DNA of 64,000 nt from Actinomycetes bacterium (GTDB lineage Bacteria; Actinomycetota; Actinomycetes; S36-B12), in contig OZ245718.1 in assembly GCA_965227045.1 (NCBI GenBank), positions 154,291 through 218,290 on the forward strand. Reading direction: 5' to 3'. The notes below the pieces were generated by a model, which made no database searches, had not been told where the DNA came from, and saw only the letters and a program-made list of their open reading frames with translations. The position numbers and the translations under genes are program-made. This document shows, piece after piece, positions 54,994 through 64,000 of this stretch. Each line of letters starts with the position of its first letter. The stretch's first letter is position 1.

Positions 54994-56640
54994 CTAGGAG
55001 AGGGCGGCGGTGACGACGTCGCGGGCGTCGGCCTGGATCTGTGCCAGATGATCGGCGCCGAGGAAGGACTCCGCGTAGATCTTGTACACGTTCTCGGTGC
55101 CCGACGGCCTGGCCGCAAACCAGCCGTTATCGGTCGTGACCTTGAGCCCCCCGATCGCCGCACCGTTGCCGGGGGCGTGCGTCAGTCGAGCGGTGATCGC
55201 CTCGCCGGCGAGTTCGGTCGCGGTGACCTGCTCGGGGGACAGGGCGGCGAGCGCCGCCTTCTGCTCGAGGGTGGCCGGCGCGTCGACCCGCGCGTAGGCG
55301 GGGTCGCCGTACTTCTCGGTGAGGTCGCGGTAGTGACGCGACGGAGACTCGCCGGTGACCGCAAGGATCTCCGAGGCGAGCAGCGCGGCGATCATGCCGT
55401 CCTTGTCCGTCGTCCACACCGATCCATCGCGGCGCAGGAAGGACGCACCAGCGCTCTCCTCGCCGCCGAACGCGACGGACCCGTCGATGAGACCAGGCAC
55501 GAACCACTTGAACCCGACGGGTACCTCCCACAGGCGACGGCCCAGTCCCGCGGTGACGCGATCGATCATCGACGAGCTCACGACCGTCTTGCCGACTGCT
55601 GCATCGGCCCGCCACTGCGGGCGATGCGCGAACAGGAACTCGATCGCTACGGCCAGAAAGTGATTGGGATTCATCAGGCCGTCGGGGGTGACGATGCCGT
55701 GCCGGTCGGCGTCGGCGTCATTGCCCGTCGCGATATCGAAGTCGCCGCGTCGGCCGATGAGCGAGGCCATCGCGTACGGCGACGAGCAGTCCATGCGGAT
55801 CTTGCCGTCCCAGTCCAGGGTCATGAAGGCCCAGGCGGGATTCACCAGGGGATTGACGACGGTCAGGTCCAGTCCGTGCCGGGTCGCGATCTCTCCCCAG
55901 TAGCCGACGCTCGCCCCGCCGAGCGGGTCGGCGCCGATGCGCACGCCGGCCGAGCGGATCGCGTCGAGGTCGATGACGTTCGGGAGGTCGTCGACGTAGG
56001 CGGACAGGAAGTCGTACCGGCCGGTTGTGTCCGCGGCCAGCGCGCGCATGATCGTGGTGCGCTGCACGCCTTCGAGGCTGACCGCGAGGTAGGCGTTCGC
56101 GCGGTCCTGCACCACGGAGGTGATCTCCCCGCCCGCGGGTCCGCCATTCGGGGGGTTGTACTTGAAGCCGCCGTCGCGCGGCGGGTTGTGGGAGGGGGTG
56201 ATGACGATGCCGTCGGCGCGTCCCGGCTCGTCAATCGCGAGGCCACGGTTGTGCACGAGCACCGCGTGGGACAGGACCGGAGTCGGCGTGTAGCCATCGC
56301 GGGAATCGACGAGGACCCGCACGCCGTTGGCCGCGAGCACTTCAAGTGCGGTGACCCAGGCTGGCTCGCTGAGCGCGTGGGTGTCGCGCGCGAGGAACAG
56401 GGGGCCGGCGATGCCGGCCGCCGACCGGTAGTCGCAGATTGCCTGCGTGGTGGCAGCGATGTGGTCGTCGTTGAACGCCGTGTCGAGCGCGGACCCGCGA
56501 TGGCCGGACGTGCCGAAACTGACACGCTGCGCCGGGTTGCTCAGGTCCGGATGCAGGGAGTAGTACGCGGTGACGAGCGCAGGGATATCGACGAGGTCGC
56601 CCGGCTCGGCGACGAGTCCTGCGCGGGGGTCGATCGCCAT
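54994..56640 (-). CDS. pgm: Phosphoglucomutase
   Basis: [36 protein letters not shown]; SD GGGAG before ATG 56640. Confidence 0.96.
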   Translation of the reverse strand: MAIDPRAGLVAEPGDLVDIPALVTAYYSLHPDLSNPAQRVSFGTSGHRGSALDTAFNDDHIAATTQAICDYRSAAGIAGPLFLARDTHALSEPAWVTALEVLAANGVRVLVDSRDGYTPTPVLSHAVLVHNRGLAIDEPGRADGIVITPSHNPPRDGGFKYNPPNGGPAGGEITSVVQDRANAYLAVSLEGVQRTTIMRALAADTTGRYDFLSAYVDDLPNVIDLDAIRSAGVRIGADPLGGASVGYWGEIATRHGLDLTVVNPLVNPAWAFMTLDWDGKIRMDCSSPYAMASLIGRRGDFDIATGNDADADRHGIVTPDGLMNPNHFLAVAIEFLFAHRPQWRADAAVGKTVVSSSMIDRVTAGLGRRLWEVPVGFKWFVPGLIDGSVAFGGEESAGASFLRRDGSVWTTDKDGMIAALLASEILAVTGESPSRHYRDLTEKYGDPAYARVDAPATLEQKAALAALSPEQVTATELAGEAITARLTHAPGNGAAIGGLKVTTDNGWFAARPSGTENVYKIYAESFLGADHLAQIQADARDVVTAALS

Positions 56641-56865
56641 GACGGCTCCCTGCTCGTGGGTCGGCTGATGGGTCATCGGCACCGGGTTTTGGCCCGGGGT
56701 CCACATCGTGGCAGACTGTGGGGGCTTCAAGAAGGGTCTCCCCGTGGGATGACCTCGGACCGTCCCGCCACAGGGGCTGCGGCCCGTGGAGCGAACGGCC
56801 CGCACGACCAGACGACCTCCCACAACAGTGGGCGACCTGTGGCGCCTGCAAGGAAGCGACACCCC

Positions 56866-57231
56866 ATGAACACCCTCGACTCAGTCGACGCGGCATCACT
56901 GAAGACCGACATTCCCGACTTCCGCGCCGGTGACACCTTGAAGGTGTTCGTCAAGGTCGTCGAAGGCAGCAAGTCCCGTGTGCAGCTGTTCCAGGGCGTC
57001 GTCATCGCCCGCGCTGGCGCCGGCGTGAGCGAGACCTTCACGGTCCGCAAGGTCTCCTACGGCGTGGGTGTCGAGCGCACGTTCCCGGTGCACACCCCGA
57101 TCATCGAGAAGATCGAGGTCGTGACTCGCGGTGACGTCCGACGCGCGAAGCTGTACTACCTGCGTGAGCTGCGCGGCAAGAAGGCCAAGATCCGCGAGCT
57201 CCGCGAGCCGTCGGTCAAGTCCGAGGGCTGA
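56866..57231 (+). CDS. rplS: 50S ribosomal protein L19
   Basis: PDFRAGDT...[10 protein letters not shown]...FTVRK...GVERTFP...RRAKLYYLR. Confidence 0.97.
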   Translation: MNTLDSVDAASLKTDIPDFRAGDTLKVFVKVVEGSKSRVQLFQGVVIARAGAGVSETFTVRKVSYGVGVERTFPVHTPIIEKIEVVTRGDVRRAKLYYLRELRGKKAKIRELREPSVKSEG

Positions 57232-57236
57232 GCGGC

Positions 57237-57926
57237 TTGGCCGACTCAGATCGGCAGTCATGGTGGGACATCCCGCTCACCATCGCGATCGCCCTCGGCG
57301 TCGTCCTGCTCATCACCACTTTCATCGTCAAGCCGTTCTCCATCCCCTCGGGGTCGATGGAGGACACGCTCGCCATCGGTGATCGCGTGCTGGTCAACCG
57401 GGCGGTGTATCACTTCCGCGACATCGAACGCGGAGACATCATCGTGTTCGACGGCTCGGACTCGTTCGTGCCGTCCAGCGAGGTCACCAGTCGCAATCCC
57501 GTTGCCGGCGTGTTCGCGTGGATCGGCCAGTCCATCGGTGTGATGCCCCCGGACTCGACCGATTTCATCAAGCGCGTGATCGGTGTGGGCGGTGACCGCG
57601 TGACGTGCTGCGACGAGGGCGGGCGCATCACCGTCAACGGGACTCCGCTCGACGAGGAGTCGTACATCTATCCGGGCGACGCGCCGAGCACCCAAGACTT
57701 CGATGTGGTCGTGCCTCAAGGCATGCTGTGGGTCATGGGCGACCACCGCTCCAACTCCGCAGACTCCCGCGCGCACCTCGGCGACCCGGGCGGAGGCTTC
57801 GTGCCCGAGTCCAAGGTCGTTGGGCGCGCCATGGCGGTGGTGTGGCCGTTCACCAGCCTGGAGTTCCTGCCCATTCCTGACACCTTCGCCGACGTCGCTC
57901 CCGCCGCCGCGACGACGGGCTCGTAG
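57237..57926 (+). CDS. lepB: Signal peptidase I
   Basis: IPSGSMEDTL, FIKRVIG, MGDHRSNSADSR; start approximate. Confidence 0.93.
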   Translation: MADSDRQSWWDIPLTIAIALGVVLLITTFIVKPFSIPSGSMEDTLAIGDRVLVNRAVYHFRDIERGDIIVFDGSDSFVPSSEVTSRNPVAGVFAWIGQSIGVMPPDSTDFIKRVIGVGGDRVTCCDEGGRITVNGTPLDEESYIYPGDAPSTQDFDVVVPQGMLWVMGDHRSNSADSRAHLGDPGGGFVPESKVVGRAMAVVWPFTSLEFLPIPDTFADVAPAAATTGS

Positions 57927-58762
57927 TGGCCGTTTCCGCGCGCGAACCGCAGGAGCCGCTGCCGGACGCCGAGCCCGGCATGCGCAGGCGTCATGCTCGC
58001 GACCTGGCGCCGCAGTCCGATCGGAACTCAACGGGACGCTGGTTCCGCGAGATGGCGATCATCGTCGTGTCTGCCCTCGTGCTGTCGGCCCTCGTGCGCG
58101 CCTTCCTTGTCCAGGCGTTCTACGTGCCGAGCGCCTCGATGGAGGACACGCTGCAGGTCAGTGACCGCATCCTCGCTTCGAAGATCACGACGACCCTTGG
58201 CGGCGTGTCTCGCGGGGAGATCGTCGTGTTCAAGGATCCCGGCGACTGGCTCGACGACCCGCCGCCGCCTGCGGGCGGCCTCGCCGGCGCGCTCCACAAC
58301 GGACTCACCTTCGTCGGGCTGCTGCCGAGCGACACCGGCCAGGACCTGGTCAAGCGGGTCATCGGAGTCGCGGGCGACCGCGTGGCCTGCTGCGACGTCG
58401 ACGGCCGCATCGTGCTGAACGGGGTGCCGCTCGACGAGGACTACATCATCGGCCCGACCGACCAGGTGCAGTTCGACATCATCGTCCCGCCCGGCAGCGT
58501 CTTCGTGCTCGGCGACAACCGCGGCAATTCACGAGACTCGCGCTACCACCTGGACGTCGACAACGGCGGCGTGCCCGTCGACAACGTCGTGGGCCGGGTG
58601 TTCCTCGTCGTCTGGCCGTTCTCGCAGTTCTCGACTGAGACCATCCCGGACATCTTCGGCAATCCCGCGATCGTCGACGGACCGCGGGGCGTGACGCCGA
58701 GTCCGGCAGCGAGCGTCGCACCGTCGGAGGACATCACCGACGACGGCGCGGACGCCGGCTGA
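57926..58762 (+). CDS. lepB: Signal peptidase I (second copy)
   Basis: VPSASMEDTL, LVKRVIG, LGDNRGNSRDSR. Confidence 0.93.
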   Translation: MAVSAREPQEPLPDAEPGMRRRHARDLAPQSDRNSTGRWFREMAIIVVSALVLSALVRAFLVQAFYVPSASMEDTLQVSDRILASKITTTLGGVSRGEIVVFKDPGDWLDDPPPPAGGLAGALHNGLTFVGLLPSDTGQDLVKRVIGVAGDRVACCDVDGRIVLNGVPLDEDYIIGPTDQVQFDIIVPPGSVFVLGDNRGNSRDSRYHLDVDNGGVPVDNVVGRVFLVVWPFSQFSTETIPDIFGNPAIVDGPRGVTPSPAASVAPSEDITDDGADAG

Positions 58763-58765
58763 GCC

Positions 58766-59434
58766 GTGGCAACCGTCACGCTGCGCGTCGAAAAGGGACT
58801 GCTCCGCTCGGGCATCCGGCTGCTGTGCTCGGTCGACGAAGTGGGACGTGGAGCACTCAGCGGACCGGTGAGCGTCGGCATGGTGCTCGTCGACGACAGC
58901 GTCCGACGTCCACTGGCGGGCGTCCGGGACAGCAAGCTGCTGACGCCCGCAGCCCGGGTATCACTCGTGCCGCGCATTCAGCGGTGGGTCGTCGGCTATG
59001 CGGTCGGCCACGCGACCGCAGCGGAGATTGACGAGATCGGCATCATCGCCGCGCTGCGTCGTGCGGGTCGACGTGCCCTCGCGGCCCTGCCCGAGGTGCC
59101 CGACGCCTTCCTCCTCGACGGCAATCACGACTGGCTCTCGCGACCGAATCAATCGGACCTGTTCGACGACCAACAGGACGCGGATCCGCTGAATGCGCAG
59201 ATTGCGCCCGTCAAGACGCGCATCAAGGCGGACCTCACGTGCGCTTCCGTTGCGGCGGCGAGTGTCCTGGCGAAGACCGAGCGCGACGCCCTGATGGTCG
59301 GCCTGGCCGATGCCTATCCGGACTACGGTTGGCACGAGAACAAGGGGTACGCAACGCCCGAGCACATGGATGCAATCCGCCGCCTGGGCTCCTGCGAGCA
59401 GCACCGGAGGTCGTGGCGACTCCCGGAGCCCTGA
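58766..59434 (+). CDS. rnhB: Ribonuclease HII
   Basis: DEVGRGAL.GP, DSKLL, DGN, AAASVLAK..RD, NKGY. Confidence 0.95.
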   Translation: MATVTLRVEKGLLRSGIRLLCSVDEVGRGALSGPVSVGMVLVDDSVRRPLAGVRDSKLLTPAARVSLVPRIQRWVVGYAVGHATAAEIDEIGIIAALRRAGRRALAALPEVPDAFLLDGNHDWLSRPNQSDLFDDQQDADPLNAQIAPVKTRIKADLTCASVAAASVLAKTERDALMVGLADAYPDYGWHENKGYATPEHMDAIRRLGSCEQHRRSWRLPEP

Positions 59435-59450
59435 GCCCGAAGGAGTACGC

Positions 59451-60353
59451 GTGACTGACGTTCGAGACGAGATCGTGTCGCAGCTCATCACTCCGCTGCG
59501 GGTGAAGCCGGGCGAGAAGGTCGTCCTCGGGCTCGACTTCGACCCGGCATACAAGCCGGATTCGATCAGCAAGGCGGATGGCGTCGCCCTCCTCGCCTCC
59601 GGGGTGAAGCTGCTCTCCGAGTACCAGGAGCGCCTGGCGGCCCAGGACACCTACGGCGTGCTGCTGTGCCTGCAGGCGATGGACGCCGCGGGCAAGGACG
59701 GGACCATCAAGCACGTGATGTCGGGCGTCAACCCGCAGGGCGTGCACGTGCACAGCTTCAAGGCGCCGACTCCCGACGAACTGGACCATGACTACCTGTG
59801 GCGCACGGCCGTTCGGCTGCCCGCGCGCGGCGAGATCGGCATCTTCAACCGCTCCCACTACGAGGAGGTCCTTGTCGTCCGCGTCCATCCGGAGTTTCTC
59901 GACCTCGAGCGGTTGCCGAACACCGAGAACAAGGACGATGTCTGGAAGCGCCGCTACCGGGAGATCAACGACTGGGAGCGTTACCTGACCGACAACGGCA
60001 TCGCCGTCGTCAAGGTGTTCTTGAACCTATCGAAGGACGAGCAGCGCAAGCGGTTCCTGTCGCGCATTGACGAGCCGTCGAAGAACTGGAAGTTCTCGAT
60101 GGCCGACGCGCGCGAGCGGCGCCACTGGGACGAGTACCAGCTCGCCTACTCGGAGATGCTGTCGCACACGAGCACGGAATGGGCGCCCTGGTACGTCGTG
60201 CCGGCTGATCGCAAGTGGTTCGCGCGCATCTGTGTGTCCGCGATCCTGGCCCACACCCTCATGAAGATCGACCCGAGGTTCCCGACGCTGGACGCTGCGA
60301 AACTCGAGCAGCTCGCAGAGGTCAGGACCGAGCTCGAAGGCGAGCCGCGCTAG
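59451..60353 (+). CDS. Polyphosphate kinase 2 family protein (class III-like)
   Basis: QAMDAAGKDG, FKAP, HDYLWR, FNRSHYEEVL, WYVVPADRKW; SD AAGGAG. Confidence 0.92.
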   Translation: MTDVRDEIVSQLITPLRVKPGEKVVLGLDFDPAYKPDSISKADGVALLASGVKLLSEYQERLAAQDTYGVLLCLQAMDAAGKDGTIKHVMSGVNPQGVHVHSFKAPTPDELDHDYLWRTAVRLPARGEIGIFNRSHYEEVLVVRVHPEFLDLERLPNTENKDDVWKRRYREINDWERYLTDNGIAVVKVFLNLSKDEQRKRFLSRIDEPSKNWKFSMADARERRHWDEYQLAYSEMLSHTSTEWAPWYVVPADRKWFARICVSAILAHTLMKIDPRFPTLDAAKLEQLAEVRTELEGEPR

Positions 60354-60450
60354 CAAGTCACAGCAGCGGTTGCCGTGGTCTGGCGTCCACAACGCGCATG
60401 CGTGGACTCGGCCCTGACTGCGGCAGCCGGAAGCGTTCGCCCCTGAGGGG

Positions 60451-60813
60451 GTGATCGGGTTGAGGGCAAAGGACGCGCTCGGTCGATACGGCGAGGACCT
60501 GGCCGTCCAGCACCTGGAACGCCAGGGTCTGACGATCCTCGCGCGCAACTGGCGCTGCGCGCTGGGCGAACTCGATGTCATCGCGCGCGATGGCGCGCGC
60601 TTGGTGGTCTGCGAGGTCAAGACCCGGTCGAGCGAGCGCTTCGGCAACCCGATCGAGGCCGTCGGCCCGCGCAAGGTCCGGCGACTGCGCCAACTGGCAT
60701 TGCGCTGGCTCGACGAGCAGCAGGTGCACGTGCCCGAAATCCGCTTCGACGTCATCGGCATTCTCCAGCCGCCCGCGGGTCCGCCCGTCCTTCAGCACAT
60801 CAAGGGCGTGTGA
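60451..60813 (+). CDS. YraN family protein
   Basis: LGRYGE, NWRC..GELD, EVKTR, RFDV. Confidence 0.92.
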   Translation: MIGLRAKDALGRYGEDLAVQHLERQGLTILARNWRCALGELDVIARDGARLVVCEVKTRSSERFGNPIEAVGPRKVRRLRQLALRWLDEQQVHVPEIRFDVIGILQPPAGPPVLQHIKGV

Positions 60814-60820
60814 CGACGCC

Positions 60821-62338
60821 ATGGCACTGGCCCAGGTGCACGGCGTCGTGCTGTGGGGTGTGACCGGCGCGTTGGTCACGGTCGAGGTCGAGGTGTCCGA
60901 CGGCCTGCCGAGCGTCGGTGTCATCGGCCTGCCCGATGCATCCGTCGGAGAGTCCCGATGGCGGGCGCGGTCGGCAATCGAGTGCACAGGCGGCCGCTGG
61001 CCGAACCGGCGTGTGACGATCAGTCTCACCCCGGCGGAGATCCCCAAGCATGGTGCGGGAATGGATCTGCCCATCGCCATCGGAGTGCTAGCGGCGAGCG
61101 ATCAACTCCCCGGCGTCGACCTCGCGGGGACAACATTCATCGGTGAGCTCGGGCTCGACGGCCGGCTGCGCGCGACGCGCGGTGCCCTCGCCGGGGCGCT
61201 CGCGGCGAGGGACGGTGGGCTTGCTCGCGTCATCGTGGCAGCGGACTGCTTCGCGGAGATCGCGAGACTGCCGGGGATCGCGGTGGCGGGTGCCGAAGGC
61301 CTCGCCCAGGTCCTGGCCATCCTGCGCGGCGCGGATCCCGGGAGTATGCGGACCCTCAGCACCCCCGAATCCGAGCAGGCGCAGCCTGACCTCGCGGATG
61401 TCCGCGGTCATGCCCACGCGCGATTCGCGCTGAGCGTTGCGGCTGCCGGTGGCCATCACATGGCGATGGTCGGCCCGCCAGGCGTCGGCAAGACCCTCCT
61501 CGCCGAGCGACTGCCGGGAATCCTGCCGGATCTGGACGATCACGAGGCGATCGAGGTCGCGGCGATCCACTCGGTGGCCGGACTCAGCCGAGCCGACTTC
61601 CGCCGGCCGCCGTACCGCGCACCCCACCACTCGGCGTCGAGCGCCGCGCTGCTCGGTGCCGCGGCCGGACATCGGGTCCGGCCTGGAGCGGTGACGCTCG
61701 CCCATCGAGGGATCCTGTTCCTCGACGAGGCACCCGAGTTCGCCCGACCGAGCCTGGAGGGGCTTCGGCAGCCGATGGAGTCTGGGGAGGTCGCGTTGCA
61801 CCGCGCGGGCTGGTCCGGCCTGCTTCCGGCAGCATTCCAACTCGTCCTGGCAGCGAACCCCTGTCCGTGCGGGCAGCGCAGTGGCACCGGAGCCGGCTGC
61901 TCGTGCCCGCCGCAGGCGGTGCGCCGCTACGCGGCCCGGCTGTCGGGTCCGCTGCTGGATCGCGTCGACATCAGACTGCGGATCACACAGCCGGCGGTCG
62001 CGGAGTTGGCATCGAGCGAGCCCGGCGACTCGAGCGCATTGACTCGGGAGCGGGTAGTCGCGGCTCGTGACCGGGCGCGGTCGCGGTACGCATCGCAGCC
62101 GTGGTCCACCAACGCTGCCGTTCCTGCCGCTCATCTGCGACGGCACTGGCCCCCGGACGACGCGGGAGCCGAACTGCTGGCCGACGTCGAGAAGGGTGCG
62201 GTCAATCTGCGTGGGGTCGATCGTGTCCTGCGCATGTCGTGGACCGTCGCAGACATGGCCGGCCGGGGTCGCCCGGGGCGGGCCGAGGTCGCGACCGCCC
62301 TTGGCCTGCGCGGCGCATCATTGAGCTGGCCGGCATGA
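60821..62338 (+). CDS. comM: ComM/YifB Mg-chelatase-like AAA ATPase
   Basis: GLPD, DLPIA, GELGLDG, GPPGVGKT, PHHS, LAHRGILFLDEAPEF, NPCPCG, LSGPLLDRVD. Confidence 0.92.
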   Translation: MALAQVHGVVLWGVTGALVTVEVEVSDGLPSVGVIGLPDASVGESRWRARSAIECTGGRWPNRRVTISLTPAEIPKHGAGMDLPIAIGVLAASDQLPGVDLAGTTFIGELGLDGRLRATRGALAGALAARDGGLARVIVAADCFAEIARLPGIAVAGAEGLAQVLAILRGADPGSMRTLSTPESEQAQPDLADVRGHAHARFALSVAAAGGHHMAMVGPPGVGKTLLAERLPGILPDLDDHEAIEVAAIHSVAGLSRADFRRPPYRAPHHSASSAALLGAAAGHRVRPGAVTLAHRGILFLDEAPEFARPSLEGLRQPMESGEVALHRAGWSGLLPAAFQLVLAANPCPCGQRSGTGAGCSCPPQAVRRYAARLSGPLLDRVDIRLRITQPAVAELASSEPGDSSALTRERVVAARDRARSRYASQPWSTNAAVPAAHLRRHWPPDDAGAELLADVEKGAVNLRGVDRVLRMSWTVADMAGRGRPGRAEVATALGLRGASLSWPA

Positions 62339-63456
62339 GTCCGGACCCGCGGCAGGCACTCATCGCGCTTGCCCACGCGGTCGAGCCCGGCGACGCGCGC
62401 TTGGGCCACCTGGTGCGGCGGGTCGGCCCGGCGGAGGTGGTCGACCGCATCCTTCGCTCCACCACAGGCGTCGCGCACGGCGAGGGAGTGCGCCTGCGGC
62501 TGGTGTCCGCGCGCGTCGACGATGCCGACGACCGCGCTACTGCGGTCGGCGCGCGGATAGTCACGCGCCTGGACCGCGAGTGGCCCACCCAGCTCGAGGA
62601 CCTCGGCGACCAGACGCCGTTCGCCCTGTGGGTGATGGGCGCGGCGAACCTGAGGCTGCTCGCATTGAGGTCGCTCGCAATGGTTGGCGCGCGCGCCTGC
62701 ACGGCGTATGGCGAGGAGGTGGCCCGAGCATGGGCTGCCGAGTTCAGCGGCGAGCGGTGGTGCGTGGTTTCCGGCGGCGCGTTCGGCATCGATGCCGCGT
62801 CGCACCGAGGCGCCCTCGCCGCCGGCGGCCCGACGATCTGCGTGCTTGCGGGCGGCGTCGACATGCCGTACCCGCGTGCGCACGACGCGTTGATAGCCCG
62901 CATAGCCGATGAGGGACTCGTGGTGAGCGAGTCGCCGCCCGGGGAGTCCGTGCGGCGGCAGCGCTTCCTGTCGCGCAATCGGGTCATCGCCGCGATCAGT
63001 CGAGCGACGCTTGTCATCGAGGCCGCTGCGCGATCGGGCACGATTGCCACCGCGCGTGCCGCGTCGGGCATGAACCGGCCGGTCCTCGCGGTGCCGGGGC
63101 CGGTCACGTCGCCGGCGTCGACGGGCTGCCATCGCATGATCCGCGACGGCGATGCGGTACTCGTCGAATCGGCTGGCGATGTCCTCGAACTCCTCGACCT
63201 CGCGGGCGGCCAGCGCGCCTCGGGCGCCGGCGCCGATGCCGATGAGCGCGCTGGACTGAGCTCGGCCGAGAAGCAGGTGCTCGACGCAATGCCGACGAGG
63301 TCGGCGCTCAGCGCGGATGCGCTCGCAGCCGCGGCAGCGATGCCGACACCTGAGGTGTGGTCGGCGCTCGGGGTGCTCGAGACGCGGGGCTGGGTTCGAC
63401 AGGAGGCGGCGGGCTGGCGCTTGGCGCGCCTCACCCGCCCTCGACGCGCTGGTTGA
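62335..63456 (+). CDS. dprA: DNA-processing protein DprA
   Basis: VGARACTAYG, VSGGAFGID, RFLSRNRVIA, EAAARSG, AVPGPV. Confidence 0.94.
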   Translation: MSPDPRQALIALAHAVEPGDARLGHLVRRVGPAEVVDRILRSTTGVAHGEGVRLRLVSARVDDADDRATAVGARIVTRLDREWPTQLEDLGDQTPFALWVMGAANLRLLALRSLAMVGARACTAYGEEVARAWAAEFSGERWCVVSGGAFGIDAASHRGALAAGGPTICVLAGGVDMPYPRAHDALIARIADEGLVVSESPPGESVRRQRFLSRNRVIAAISRATLVIEAAARSGTIATARAASGMNRPVLAVPGPVTSPASTGCHRMIRDGDAVLVESAGDVLELLDLAGGQRASGAGADADERAGLSSAEKQVLDAMPTRSALSADALAAAAAMPTPEVWSALGVLETRGWVRQEAAGWRLARLTRPRRAG

Positions 63457-63468
63457 CACCATGGACGC

Positions 63469-64000
63469 GTGCCGTCTGCCATCGCCCTGCCCTCGGCGCT
63501 CGACGACGCTCTGGAGGGGTTCATCGAGCACGTGCGGGACGAGCGCGGCCGGAGCGCGCACACCGTGCGGGCCTATCGCGGCGATGTCACGGACCTGCTG
63601 GCCTACTGCTCGGACCGATCCGTCGTGGAGCCCGGCCAGATCACCCTCGCGCACCTGCGCGGGTGGCTCGCCCTGCAAAGTGCCAACGGGCTGGCGCGCG
63701 CCACCCTCGCCCGCCGTGCCGCCGCGGCGCGTGCCTTCACGGCCTGGTGCCAGCGCCGCGGGCTGACGTCGATCGATGTAGGCGACCGGCTGGCGAGTCC
63801 GCAGATCGCCAGGACGCTCCCGACGATCCTGGATGCCGCGGAGGCAACGGCTCTCATGGACCATGCGGCCGTCGCCGCCGATGATGGTGACCCCGTCGCG
63901 ATCCGCGATCGCTCGATAGTGGAGCTCCTGTATGCCACCGGCGTCCGCGTGGCGGAGGTCTGCTCGGCTGATACCGGTTCTGTTGACCGCCACCGGAACA
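63469..64000 (+). CDS. xerC: Tyrosine recombinase XerC (3'-partial)
   Basis: Manual translation ERGRSAHTVRAYRGD...RTLPTIL...RDRSIVELLYATGVRVAE; follows dprA; TGa-CACCAT-6nt-GTG. Confidence 0.9.
   Translation, partial: MPSAIALPSALDDALEGFIEHVRDERGRSAHTVRAYRGDVTDLLAYCSDRSVVEPGQITLAHLRGWLALQSANGLARATLARRAAAARAFTAWCQRRGLTSIDVGDRLASPQIARTLPTILDAAEATALMDHAAVAADDGDPVAIRDRSIVELLYATGVRVAEVCSADTGSVDRHRN

Noticed and set aside
55048-57231. 727-aa plus-strand ORF ending in L19 (apparent giant fusion)
   Set aside because: It is the antisense shadow of pgm running in frame into rplS; the real start is ATG 56866, which has its own SD and promoter
57237-58762. Tandem signal peptidases as a novelty
   Set aside because: Multiple lepB copies after rplS are common in Actinobacteria
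63469-64000. Phage or mobile-element integrase
   Set aside because: Its position after dprA and its sequence fit housekeeping XerC

Overview
A high-GC actinobacterial chromosome segment, mostly core genes. In order: ilvBNC-serA, an EamA transporter, a heterodimeric ABC exporter, leuA, a lipoprotein serine protease, leuB-ilvE-cimA-FAH-gltX, tRNA-Gln and tRNA-Glu, an MFS transporter, an IclR regulator divergent from leuCD, hupB, cofC, acyltransferase-gpsA, a metB-like gene, ddl, a DUF222/HNH gene, Lrp/thiL, rpmB, DAK2-recG-rsmD-coaD, yceD-rpmF-plsX-ACP-like-rnc-mutM-smc, ftsY-amtB-glnK-glnD-ffh, rpsP-khpA-rimM-trmD, pgm, rplS-lepB-lepB-rnhB-ppk2 and yraN-comM-dprA-xerC (partial). I see no CRISPR array, prophage or IS, and no large novel multi-gene system. 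The most notable items lie outside the ORF track or inside familiar genes: (1) an Ile-rich 9-aa leader peptide plus terminator before citramalate synthase; (2) a Leu4 leader peptide with an anti-SD switch before leuA; (3) an ACP-like gene between plsX and rnc whose phosphopantetheine Ser appears replaced by Asp; (4) CofC with a fused cold-shock-like C-terminal domain; (5) a DUF222-HNH gene with a PafBC-type promoter and an internal strand-skew inversion; (6) an S16 with a long repetitive acidic tail; (7) frequent leaderless-gene architecture. All calls come from reading motifs by eye; no database searches were run.
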